64,000 bases of DNA, taken from an uncultured Spirochaetota bacterium. GTDB taxonomy: Bacteria; Spirochaetota; Spirochaetia; SZUA-6; CAVTHK01. The stretch lies in NCBI GenBank assembly GCA_963734495.1, contig CAVTHK010000011.1, positions 608,001-672,000 of the forward strand. Reading direction: 5' to 3'. The position numbers and the translations under genes are program-made. Of this stretch, positions 18,400 to 28,796 are shown in pieces. Position 1 is the first letter of the stretch. Every line of letters starts with the position of its first letter. The notes beneath the pieces were generated by a model that saw only the letters and a program-made list of their open reading frames with translations, had not been told where the DNA came from and searched no databases.

Positions 18400-20164
18400 C
18401 TACACCAGCTCCGCCTTGAGCGCCCAGTCCTCGTCGTCGGGCAGCTTCGGAAGCGTCGCCCATCCGCGCACGCCCACTTCGACAGTCTCGCCGCGGTCCA
18501 GCCACTGGCCGCTGCGGGGGTTGAACCACGTCAGCCGATAGGTGCCGCCGAACAGCCCGTTGCGGAGGAGGGTGCCTTCGCGCGGGGTGCCCTTCTCGAA
18601 GTAGGCGAGGAAGGTCTCGCGGTCGGGCGTGTAGGCGCAGTAGGCCCAGCCGGTCCAGCCCATCTCGCTGCCGCTCTTGCTCGGGACCAGGCACTCCTCG
18701 TCGGGGACGAGCTCCGCGTGACGGCCGCCGATGCTCATGACGAAGCTCTTGAGGTGGACGGCCTGATCGGCGGTGGCGAGCTTGAAGGCGTCCCACATCT
18801 TGTAGACCGCCTTGGGCGAGCGCGCGCCGTCGTACATGGCCTGCAGCTCGTGCACGTAGCCGGCCTGGCCGCCGCTCAGGACGCTGCCGTACATGCCCGC
18901 GCGGCAGTTGGCCGCCGCCTCTTCGCTCGACCATGTCGATCTTCGTTCTGGGCGGGAAGCCGGGGGTGTAGGGCTCGCCGTTGAGCGCGGGCTTGGCAGG
19001 CTCGTTGTGGTAGAGCTGCTTGAGGTACCAGTAGCTGACGTGCTCCCTCGGATCGTTGCCGATCTGGTGAAAGTCGATCCACTCGACGTTGCCGTAGTTG
19101 ATCAGGGTCGAGGGGCTGGCGTTGGTGCTCACCATGCTTCCGAACGGCGGAGTGCCGTACCTGGCCAGGTACGTCCGGATCGGGCCGTTGTAGTCCCGCG
19201 TCGGGATCGAGGCGTCGGGCGTGTCGAGGTGGATGGGCGAAAAGAAGATGCTGTTCGCGTGGTAGCGCGCGTAGACGTAGGCGATGTACCTGATGTAGGT
19301 CTCCGGCCAGCCGCAGTACCTCGACCACGCCTGGCTGAAGTCGCGCCGCCACAGCTCGAGGAACGGGATGATCGCGTGCGCGTTGCAGTAGTCGATGCGC
19401 TTGTCGAGGTACTGGAAGTACTTCGGGTTGATCTTCGTCATGTCCGGGATGATGTCCTCGTAGCCGGGGACGGGCCCGGGAAACTCGAAGGGGCGGCCGC
19501 CTTCGTTGCGCATGTCCTTGCTGCGGTTGCGCGAGCCGTCGGGGTCGAGGTTGTTGCCGTGCTCGAGCCACGAGTGGCGCAGCACCATGCCGTCCTCGGT
19601 CTTGGCCCACGCAGGCAGGCGGTCGATCCCCCAGTTGGGGAAGCAGGCGATCAGCGTGATGCCGTTGAAGCCCTGCTTCGCGCCGCGCGCGGACCATGTC
19701 CTTGAAGCCGACCTCGGGGCCGATGGGGTACTCGCGCTCGTCGTCGCGCCACGGGTAGTACTGGGTGGCCGCGGCGAGCCACATGTCGGCCAGCCAGAAG
19801 AAGGGCGTGCCGTCGGCGAGCTCGAAGGCGTGGCGGTTCGCGGTGGGCCGCACGAAGCCGCGGCGGCAGAGGTTCTCCTCTTTCTCCGCTTCGGTCCAGG
19901 CGGCGGCCTCGAGGAGCCCTTCGTGTCCGCGCAGGCCGCGTCGTCGACGTCGGCGAAGCTTTCCCACGTCCAAGTCCCGGGCCGCGTCGCGGTCACGCGC
20001 ACCCTCCACGTCGAGCCGCCGTCCCAGAAGCCGTGGACCTTCTTGTCGAAGCCTCCGGGGCCGCGCAGGCGGACGCCGGCGTCGACGTCCATGTACGGGT
20101 TGGCGTGACTCTTGCGAGCCTCGAGCACGATCTCGTGCTTCTCCCAGACGTGGATCCTGGTCAT
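18400..20164 (-). CDS. DUF5060/DUF4038 apiosidase-like glycoside hydrolase with C-terminal beta-sandwich; about 3 frameshifts (~19930, ~19690, ~18920)
   Basis: GFWDGG.TWRVR, ADGTPFFWLAD.W, QGFN, NPKYFQYLDKRI, KPALNGEP.., WFNPRSG, P..EDWAL across successive frames. Confidence 0.8.
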
Positions 20165-20250
20165 GCTGTCCCCTTCTTGCCGAAGCTGTCTCGCGCGCCG
20201 GCTCTCGCTGCGACGATCGTCGCGAGCGGGGCCGCCGGCGCCCGTCTCAT

Positions 20251-20279
20251 GTTCTATCCGGAGGTCCCCCACGGGTCAA
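20251..20279 (-). promoter_or_regulatory. Putative sigma70 promoter for the DUF4038 gene
   Basis: TTGACC-N17-TAGAAC on the minus strand. Confidence 0.45.
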
Positions 20280-20288
20280 GGAATGGCG

Positions 20289-20400
20289 GGGCTCAGGCGA
20301 GCTCAGGGCGGGCTCAGGCGAGCTCAGGGCGGGCTCAGGGCGGGCCAGGCGGCTCAGGCGGGCTCAGGCGAGCCAGGGCCGGGCTCGGGCGGGCTCGGGG
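20289..20400. repeat. Degenerate tandem array of 9-11 bp GGGCTCAGG(G)C units
   Basis: About 11 units; perfect 21-mer GGGCTCAGGCGAGCTCAGGGC at 20289-20309 and 20310-20330. Confidence 0.85.
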
Positions 20401-20640
20401 GAGTCGGTCCGCGCGCGCGCTTGCGGCGGGACCCTGGGCCAGCCAGCCATCGTCTGTCTCGTCGATCGACGCCTGTCGCCTTCCGTAGCTTTCCGTTCTA
20501 CTGTTCGCGTTCCCTTGACGGCCATGTTATAGTCGAGTTTCGTTCCGTTGCGACAGCGGCAGGCCCGTGCGAGATCGCGTCGAGGCGCGGCGGGCCGGAA
20601 CCGCGACCGCCCATTCACCAATCTGCAGCAGGAGGGAAAC

Positions 20641-22648
20641 ATGAGCAGGAGGTTGGTCATCTTGTCGGCCGCTTGTCTGTGCCTGGTTCTCGCGCTTTCG
20701 CCGGCTTTCGCCGGGGGCGCCAAGGAGCCGGCCGCGGGCGCGCCGGCGGCCGCACCCGCGGCCGCGCCGTCGGCCGCAGCTCCGGCTGCCGCGCAGGCCG
20801 GAAAGTACAAGGAGGCGCCTGCGCTGGCCGAGCTGGTCAAGGCGGGCAAGCTGCCCCCGGTCGAGCAGCGGCTGCCCGAGAACCCGATGGTGGTGTCCGC
20901 GGACGAGATCGGCCAGTACGGCGGCGTGTGGCGGCGCGGCTTCCTCGGGCCGTCGGACTTTAACGGCGTCAACCGCGTCATCTACGACGTGCTGGTCCGC
21001 TTCGCGCCGGACGGCGCCACGATGGAGATGAAGCTCGCGGAGAGCGTCACGCCGTCGCCGGATTTCAAGCAGTGGACCGTGAAGCTGCGCAAGGGCAGCA
21101 AGTGGTCGGACGGCTCGCCGCTTCACCGCGGACGACATCATGTTCTGGTACAAGGACGTGCTCCTGAACAAGGACCTCGTCCCGGCCATTCCGTCCTGGA
21201 TGCTCAACAAGGACGGCACGCCGGCCCTCGTGGAGAAGCTCGACGACCTGACCGTCCGCTGGACGTTCAAGGCGGTCGAACACCAACTTCATGCTGGAGC
21301 TCACCACCAAGGACTACGGGGACCGGCAGTACCCGGTCTTCATGCCCTCGAAGTACCTCAAAGCAGTTCCACGCTTCGTACGCGAAGAAGGAAGACCTCG
21401 ACCGGATGGTCGCCGACGCCAAGTTCAAGACCTGGGTCGAGCTCTTCGCAAGCAGGCAGAGCCCGTTCGAGAACCCGGACCGGCCGGGCATGGCCGCCTG
21501 GGTCGCGTCCAACCGCATCAGCGAGCAGATCTTCATCCTCAAGCGCAACCCGTACTACATCGCGGTGGACAAGGCAGGGAACCAGCTCCCCTACATCGAC
21601 GAGGTCCAGTTCAAGTTCTTTGCCGATGCGCAGGCGCTCAACCTCGCCGCCATCGCGGGCGAGCTCGACGAGCAGGAGCGCCACATCAACCTGCTGAACT
21701 ACCCCGTGCTCAAGGAGAACGAGCAGAAGCAGGGCAAGTACAAGATCTTCCTCTGGTCGAGCCCCGGAGGCTTCGACGCGGGAGTGATCTTTAACGAGAC
21801 CTACGCCAAGGATGCCGAGCTGGGCAGGCTCTTCGCCAACAAGGACTTCCGCATCGCCATGTCCTACGCGATCAACCGCAAGCAGATCAACGAGAGCGCG
21901 TTCCTCGGCACGGGCGAGCCGCGGCAGGGCGTCCCGAAAAAGGGCCATCCCTACTATCCCGGCGACGAGTACGCATTCAAGTACACCGAGTACAACCCCG
22001 ACCTCGCGAACAAGATGCTGGACTCCATCGGACTTGCCAAGAAGGATGCCGACGGCTTCCGCCTGTTCCCGAGCGGCAAGCGCGTGTTGATCGAGCTTTC
22101 GGTCGTCGAGGTCTTCGGCCCCTACCGCGACATCGGCACGCTCATCACGAAAGACTTCGAGAAGGTCGGCATCAAGGTGAACATGCAGATCCGCGAGCGC
22201 GCCCTGCACTTCCAGATGCGGCAGGCCAACGACCTGCAGTCCGAGCTCTGGAACCAGGACACCGCGGGCTTCCCGTTCACCGGCTCCACGAAGTACGACT
22301 TCCGCAAGGATCTCTACGGGAACCTAACCTACGGGCCGCTGTGGAAGCAGTGGTACGACACCAACGGCAAGGAGGGAGTCGAGCCCCCCGACGCCGCCAA
22401 GAAGATCATCGAGCTGCAGGACAAGGCCAAGACCGTCGGGACCCGAGGAGCAGGCCAGGATCGCGCAGGAGCTCTTCAAGGTCTGGGTGGACAACATGTT
22501 CGAGATCGGGACCGTCGGCCTGACCGCGACGGACCAGGGTGTGGCTGTCGTCAACGCGAGGCTGCACAACGTCCCGCCCAGGCTGACCAAGGACTGGCCT
22601 CTGCGCACGCCGGGCAACGGCCGCCCCGAAGTGTGGTTCTTCAAGTAG
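20641..22648 (+). CDS. Family-5 (Opp/Dpp-type) ABC substrate-binding protein, probably oligosaccharide-binding; 4 frameshifts
   Basis: LPPVEQRLPENP, IGQYGG, LRKG.KWSDG.PFTADD, RNPYY..VD.AGNQLPYID; shifts near 21121, 21275, 21360, 22441. Confidence 0.88.
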
Positions 22649-22689
22649 GGGCAAAATAGAAGAAGGTCGCCGGCGGATCGATTCTTCCC

Positions 22690-22725
22690 GGAGACAGGGG
22701 GACGCGTGTTCTCCCTGTCTCCTTT
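22690..22725 (+). terminator. Post-SBP stem-loop (attenuator or mRNA stabiliser)
   Basis: GGAGACAGGG...CCCTGTCTCC followed by TTT. Confidence 0.6.
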
Positions 22726-22743
22726 CGTTGGAGGCGCAGTCCC

Positions 22744-23734
22744 ATGCTGCGGTTCATCATCAAGCGGCTGCTCCTGCTCCCGGTGCTGCTGCTGCTCTTC
22801 ACCGTCGTCGTCTTCGCGCTGGTGCAGGCGCCTCCGGGCGACTTCCTCACCAGCTACGTCGCGATGCTCGCCTCCTCCGGCTCGTCCATGGATGCGGCGC
22901 AGGTCGCAGGCGCTCAAGCAGCAGTTCGGGCTGGACAAGCCCGTCACCGTGCAGTACCTGCGGTGGCTCGAGAGCATCGTCAAGGGCAACTTCGGCCTGT
23001 CGCTGGAGTACCAGCGGCCGAACTCGGAGCTGATCGGCGAGCGGCTGCTGGTCACGCTGCTGCTCGCGCTCTTCGCCTTCGTGATCACGTGGGTGGCGGC
23101 GATCCCCGCCGGCATCTACTCCGCCATGCACAAGAACACCTTCTTCGACTATCTCTTCGCCCTCCTGAACTACATCGGGGTGGCGACGCCCAACTTCATG
23201 CTGGCTCTCGTGCTGATGTGGTTCGCCTTCTCCAACTTCGGCCTGATGATCACGGGCCTGTTCTCCCCCGAGTACGTCCAGGCGCCCTGGAGCGTCGGGC
23301 GCTTCGTCGATCTGCTCAAGCACATCTGGCTTCCCGCGATCGTGCTGGGGATCGCCGGCACGGCGCGCCTCACGCGCATCATGCGCGCCAATCTCCTGGA
23401 CGAGCTGAACAAGCCCTACGTCGTGATGGCGCGCGCGAAGGGGATGTCGGAGTGGGGCCTGGTGCTCAAGTACCCGGTGCGGATGGCGTTCAACCCGATC
23501 ATCAGCACGATCGGATGGTACCTGCCGCAGCTGTTCTCCGGGAGCCTCATCGTCGCCACGGTGATGAACCTGCCCAACATCGGGCCGCTGCTCCTGCGGG
23601 CGCTCACGCAGCAGGACATGTACCTTGCGGGGAGCATCCTCCTGATCTATTGCTTCCTGACGATCGTGGGCACTCTGGTCTCGGACATCCTGCTCGCGCT
23701 CTTCGACCCGCGCATCCGGATGGAGGGCAACTAG
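22744..23734 (+). CDS. Opp/Dpp ABC permease (DppB-like), frameshift near 22905
   Basis: MLRFIIKRLL, GLDKP..VQY.RW, ARAKG, FDPRIR. Confidence 0.9.
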
Positions 23735-23736
23735 CC

Positions 23737-24921
23737 ATGGCGGAGAACACGCGGCAGGACGGGCAGGACGGCGCTCGCGGTCCCGTCGCGCCGCCGGCGG
23801 ACAACGGCGCGCTCGCCGCGCCCTTTGCGACGGCGGCGGAGGAGCGCGTCTCGGTCGCCTCCAACTGGAAGCTGGTGTGGTGGCGCTTCCGCAGGAACGC
23901 GCTGGCCGTCGCGAGCGCCGTCGTGCTGCTCGGCTTCTACATCGTCGTTCTGGTCCCCGATTTCTTCTGCACCCAGGACACGGAGGCCACCGAAGCCTTT
24001 CTCGCCTTCATCCCCATAACCGGAGTCTCGTACCAGCGCGGCACCGGCCTGTCCGTGCCGGCGGTCGCGGGCAGGCGCAACCCGGTCACGCTGAGGATGC
24101 AATGGGTGGTCGACCCGTCCAGGAAGATCCCGATCGGGCTCTTCGTGCACGGGTACAGGTACAGGGTCCTCGGGCTGATCGAGACCGATATCCACCTGGT
24201 GGGGGCGAAGGATCGGACGTCGAAGGACCAGCCCCACCTGCTGGGGACGGACCGGCTGGGGCGCGACCAGTGGTCGCGGCTGATGTACGGCACGCGCACC
24301 TCGATGACCGTGGGGCTGGTCGCGGTGGCGCTGAGCGTGGTCCTCGGCGTGCTGCTCGGCGGGATTTCCGGCTACTTCGGGGGATTGCCGGACATGATCA
24401 TCCAGCGCGTCATCGAGCTGATGCAGTCTCTGCCCACCATCCCGGTCTGGCTGATGATGACCGCGGCGCTGCCGCAGGACTGGCGCCCCGAGCAGGTCTT
24501 CTTCGCGATCACGATCATCCTCGCCTTCATCGGCTGGACCACCCTCGGACGCGAGATCCGCGGCCGCTTCCTCTCTCTGCGCGAGGAGGACTTCGTCCTC
24601 TCCGCGGAGCTGGCCGGCTGCAGCCACTGGCGGATCATCACGCGGCACATGGTCCCCGCGTTCGTGAGCCACATCATCGCGGCGAGCACGCTGGCGATTC
24701 CCGTCATGATCATCAGCGAGACCTCGCTGAGCTTCCTCGGCCTGGGCATCCGGCCCCCCGCGATCAGCTGGGGAGTGCTCCTGCAGGAGGCGCAGAACAT
24801 CCAGACGGTCGCGCTCGCTCCCTGGCTCATGCTTCCCGGAGTGGTCGTGATCGTCGCGGTGCTGGCGTTCAACCTCGTCGGCGACGGGCTGCGCGACGCG
24901 GCCGACCCGTACGGGCACTGA
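23737..24921 (+). CDS. Opp/Dpp ABC permease (DppC-like)
   Basis: HLLGTDRLGRD..SRL.YG, ETSLSFLGLG, GDGLRDAADP. Confidence 0.92.
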   Translation: MAENTRQDGQDGARGPVAPPADNGALAAPFATAAEERVSVASNWKLVWWRFRRNALAVASAVVLLGFYIVVLVPDFFCTQDTEATEAFLAFIPITGVSYQRGTGLSVPAVAGRRNPVTLRMQWVVDPSRKIPIGLFVHGYRYRVLGLIETDIHLVGAKDRTSKDQPHLLGTDRLGRDQWSRLMYGTRTSMTVGLVAVALSVVLGVLLGGISGYFGGLPDMIIQRVIELMQSLPTIPVWLMMTAALPQDWRPEQVFFAITIILAFIGWTTLGREIRGRFLSLREEDFVLSAELAGCSHWRIITRHMVPAFVSHIIAASTLAIPVMIISETSLSFLGLGIRPPAISWGVLLQEAQNIQTVALAPWLMLPGVVVIVAVLAFNLVGDGLRDAADPYGH

Positions 24922-25007
24922 CGGGCCCGTCGAGCCCCACGAGTACGTGGGGTCTATGATACGACGGGCTTGGGACCTGGCGATTACGCCAGGTCACGGG
25001 AGAACGG

Positions 25008-26036
25008 ATGGAGAACACGACGCTGCCCCTGCTGTCCGTGCGGGACCTCAGGACGCATTTCATGATGGATGAAGGCGTGGTCAAGGCTGTCGACGGCGTG
25101 AGCTTCGACGTCCTGCCGGGACAGGTCTTCGGGATCGTCGGAGAAAGCGGCTGCGGGAAGAGCGTCACGATGAAGTCCGTGCTCCGCATCGTCGAGCCGC
25201 CCGGGAGGATCGTCGGCGGAGAGATCCTGCTGCGCCGCGGGAGCGTGGACGGGGAGCTCGTGGACCTCGTCGGCCTGGACGCGAAGGGGCGCGAGATGCG
25301 CTCGATCCGCGGCGCCGAGATCGCGCTGATCCCGCAGGAGCCGATGGCCTCCTTCAGCCCGGTGCACACGATCGGCGACCAGATCATCGAGACGATCATG
25401 CTGCACCAGGCCATCGACAGGGTCGAAGGGCGGCGGAGAGCCGAGGCGATCCTCAGGGACGTCGGGATCCCGATGCCGGAGCGGCGGCTCGACGAGTACT
25501 CCTGGCAGCTGAGCGGGGGCTTGCGGCAGCGCGCCATCATCGCGATGGCGCTCTCCTGCGGCCCGCGGCTGCTGATCGCGGACGAGCCGACCACGGCCGT
25601 CGACGTGACGACGCAGGCGCAGGTGCTGCGGCTGCTCCGGCAGCTGCAGGAGGCCCGCAACACCGCGATCGTCTTCATCACGCACGACCTCGGCGTGATC
25701 GCGCAGATGGCGGACTACGTGATGGTCATGTACCTGGGGCTGGTCATGGAGGAGGGCCCGGTGGACGCCATCTTCCACGCGCCCAGGCACCCCTACACGC
25801 AGGCGCTCCTGCGCTCCATCCCGAGCCTGGACTCCACGCCGCGCGCGATCCTGCCGACCATCAGCGGCTCGATCCCGCATCCGTTCAACAAGCCGCGGGG
25901 CTGCCCGTTCCACCCGCGCTGCGACCGGATGATGCCGGGCAAGTGCGACACGCGGACCCCGGCGCTGCAGCCGGTGGCGGAGAGGCAGTCGGTGAGCTGC
26001 TTCCTCTATCACGACGTCGAGGCGGTGTCCCGATGA
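25008..26036 (+). CDS. Opp/Dpp ABC ATP-binding protein (DppD-like)
   Basis: [36 protein letters not shown]. Confidence 0.95.
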   Translation: MENTTLPLLSVRDLRTHFMMDEGVVKAVDGVSFDVLPGQVFGIVGESGCGKSVTMKSVLRIVEPPGRIVGGEILLRRGSVDGELVDLVGLDAKGREMRSIRGAEIALIPQEPMASFSPVHTIGDQIIETIMLHQAIDRVEGRRRAEAILRDVGIPMPERRLDEYSWQLSGGLRQRAIIAMALSCGPRLLIADEPTTAVDVTTQAQVLRLLRQLQEARNTAIVFITHDLGVIAQMADYVMVMYLGLVMEEGPVDAIFHAPRHPYTQALLRSIPSLDSTPRAILPTISGSIPHPFNKPRGCPFHPRCDRMMPGKCDTRTPALQPVAERQSVSCFLYHDVEAVSR

Positions 26037-27111
26037 GAGCCGACCGCGGGCCCGCGAACGGCGGGCCGCTGCTGGAGGTCAGAAACCTCCGCAAGTACTT
26101 CCCGATCCAGAAGGGTTTCCTCCGCAAGACCGTGGGACACGTCCGGGCGGTGGACGACGTGAGCTTCGCGGTCGACGAGGGCGAGACCCTCGGGCTCGTG
26201 GGCGAGAGCGGCTGCGGCAAGACCACGACGTCGCGCTGCATCCTGCGCGCGATGGCGCCGACGACCGGCGAGATGCTGTTCCGCACGAAAGGGGGCGGCG
26301 TGGTCGACCTGGCGCGGCTCGCCCGGAACGAGCTGCGGCCGCTGCGCGCCGAGATGCAGATGATCTTCCAGGACCCCTACGGCTCGCTCAATCCGCGCAT
26401 GACGCTCTTCGACATCGTCGGCGAGCCGCTGCTGGTCAACGGCATGAGCGACCGGAAGGAGCGCACGGATCGGGTCGCGGAGCTGCTCCGCCTGGTGGGC
26501 CTGCGGCCCGAATACATGCCCCGGTTCCCGCACGCCTTCAGCGGCGGCCAGCGCCAGCGCATCGGGATCGCCCGCGCCCTGTCGGTGAATCCGCGGCTCG
26601 TCGTCGCCGACGAGCCGGTGTCGGCGCTCGACGTGTCCGTGCAGGCGCAGATCCTGAACCTGTTGCTCGATCTGCAGAACCGCCTGGGCCTCACGTACAT
26701 CTTCGTGGCGCACAACCTGGGGGTGGTCAGGCACATCTGCGACCGCGTCGCCGTGATGTACGTGGGCAAGCTCGTGGAGATGGCTCCCACGGAGGAGCTC
26801 TATCGGTCGCCCCGGCACCCGTACACCGCCGCGCTGATGGCCGCCGTGCCCGTCGCCGACCCTCGCACGCGCATGGGCAACGTCGAGCTCAAGGGCGAGG
26901 TCCCCAGCCCCGCCAACCCGCCGTCGGGCTGCTACTTCCACCCCCGCTGCGCGTACGCGGTCGACGTCTGCCGCGTCCAGGCGCCCGCGTTCCGGGAGGT
27001 GGCGTCGGGCCACCTCGTCGCCTGCCACAGGGCGGAGGAGCTGGAGCTTCCGGGCCGGGCGGGAGAAACCGACGGCGGCGGGGCGGGAACCTTCAACTTT
27101 ACTTTCCTTGA
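26033..27111 (+). CDS. Opp/Dpp ABC ATP-binding protein (DppF-like); 3' end uncertain
   Basis: [41 protein letters not shown]; homology ends about 27055 with no in-frame stop; nearest off-frame TGA is 27109-27111. Confidence 0.85.
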
Positions 27112-27137
27112 TGCGGGCGGCGCAGTACGTTTTTCCG

Positions 27138-28796
27138 ATGAACAAAGGATTCCTGGAGAACCTCTACGCCGGGCAGTTCATGCCGGAGCTCGCCTCCCCG
27201 GACGTGCCTCCGCCGGACCTGGCAAAGGTGGAGGGCTTCACGGACCGGTTCCGCAAGGCGGTGTCGGGCTTCGATCTGCGGGCGCTGGAAGGCCACGCTA
27301 TGCCGCCCGCCCTGATGGGCGCGCTCAAGGAGATGGGGGTCTTCGGCCTGATCATCCCGCGCGAGTACGGAGGCCTGGGCTTCAGCATTCCGGAGTATCT
27401 CCTGGTCATCGAGGCGCTGGCCGGCTCGGATATGTCCCTCGCCATCATCCCGCTGGCGCACCTCTCCATCGGCGTCAAGGGCATCCTCCTCTTCGGGTCC
27501 GAGGCGCAGAAGCGGCGCTACCTGCCGCCCGCCGCTTCCGGGCAGATGCTCTTTGCGTACGCGTTGACGGAGCCGGAGACCGGGTCGGATGCCCAGCATG
27601 TCCGCACCACCGCGGTGCTCGAGGGGGACGGGTCCCACTACGTGCTCGAGGGAACCAAGACATACATCACGAACGCCAACTACGCCGGCGCGTTCACCGT
27701 GTTCGCCCAGCTCGACCCGCAGAACCCGGGGCACATGGGCGTCTTCATCGTCGAGCGTTCGTGGGACGGCGTTGCGGTGGGACACGACATGCCCAAGATG
27801 GGCCTCGCGCTGAGCTCCACGGCCGCGGTCCGCTTGAGCGGCGTGCGGGTGCCGCGCGACAACCTCATCGGGACTCCGGGCGAAGGGTTCAAGATCGCCA
27901 TGACCATCCTGAACTACGGCAGGCTCGGGCTTGGCGCGGCTTCGTCGGGCCTCCTCGCGCAGTCCCTGCTGGACATGAGGAAGCGTTCCGCCTCCCGCAA
28001 GCAGTTCGGGGTGCCCATCGCCGACTTCGAGCTGATCCAGGAGAAGATGGCGCACGCGCTGGTGCACGGATACGCGGCCTCGGCCATGACCGCTTTCACG
28101 GCCGCCCTGGTGCAGAAGAACCCGCTGATGAACGTCATGATCGAGAGCTCGCACTGCAAGCTCTATGGGACCACCCGCTGCTGGGACACGCTCTACGACG
28201 CGCAGCAGACTGCAGGCGGGGCGGGCTTTCTCTCCACGCTGCCCTACGAGAAGCGGCTGCGGGATTTCCGGGTGACCACCCTCTTCGAAGGCACCACCGA
28301 GATCCACTCGATCTATCCGTCCCTCACGGTCTTTCGAGCGTACGGCAAGGAGCTCCGGGACCTGGGGCCGCTGGGGAGGGTCGCGCGCCTCGCCCGGATC
28401 GGGCGAACGCGGGCCATGAGAGGCATGCGGGAGAAGGAGCCGGCGCTGCGGGATGCGGCGCGGGCGGCGCTGCGCAGCGAGGCCCTGCTCCGCTCGCTCC
28501 TGACCGTCGGTCTGCGCGTCCACGGCCGGCGGATCGCGCAGGAGGAGTTCTTCCTCAGGCGCATGACGAGCCTGAGCCTCTCGCTCTTCTGGCTGGTGGC
28601 CTCCGTGTGGCGCCTCAAGCGCGCCCACCCGGACGGGAGCTACCCGCGGGAGGATCTCGATGTGATTCGGTACCTCACGGCCGAGGCGCGCGAGGTGCAG
28701 GCGAGCGAAGGCCGCACGCGCGCGAGCGCCAAGGAGATCGTGCACAGGAGAATCATCGCGGCCCTGCGAGGCTCTTCAGGCGCCGGCGTAGAATAG
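27138..28796 (+). CDS. Acyl-CoA dehydrogenase (VLCAD/ACAD9-like, with C-terminal extension)
   Basis: [50 protein letters not shown]. Confidence 0.92.
   Translation: MNKGFLENLYAGQFMPELASPDVPPPDLAKVEGFTDRFRKAVSGFDLRALEGHAMPPALMGALKEMGVFGLIIPREYGGLGFSIPEYLLVIEALAGSDMSLAIIPLAHLSIGVKGILLFGSEAQKRRYLPPAASGQMLFAYALTEPETGSDAQHVRTTAVLEGDGSHYVLEGTKTYITNANYAGAFTVFAQLDPQNPGHMGVFIVERSWDGVAVGHDMPKMGLALSSTAAVRLSGVRVPRDNLIGTPGEGFKIAMTILNYGRLGLGAASSGLLAQSLLDMRKRSASRKQFGVPIADFELIQEKMAHALVHGYAASAMTAFTAALVQKNPLMNVMIESSHCKLYGTTRCWDTLYDAQQTAGGAGFLSTLPYEKRLRDFRVTTLFEGTTEIHSIYPSLTVFRAYGKELRDLGPLGRVARLARIGRTRAMRGMREKEPALRDAARAALRSEALLRSLLTVGLRVHGRRIAQEEFFLRRMTSLSLSLFWLVASVWRLKRAHPDGSYPREDLDVIRYLTAEAREVQASEGRTRASAKEIVHRRIIAALRGSSGAGVE

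Noticed and set aside
20289-20400. CRISPR array (also considered for 34362-34418)
   Set aside because: The units are contiguous with no unique spacers, and no cas genes are present.
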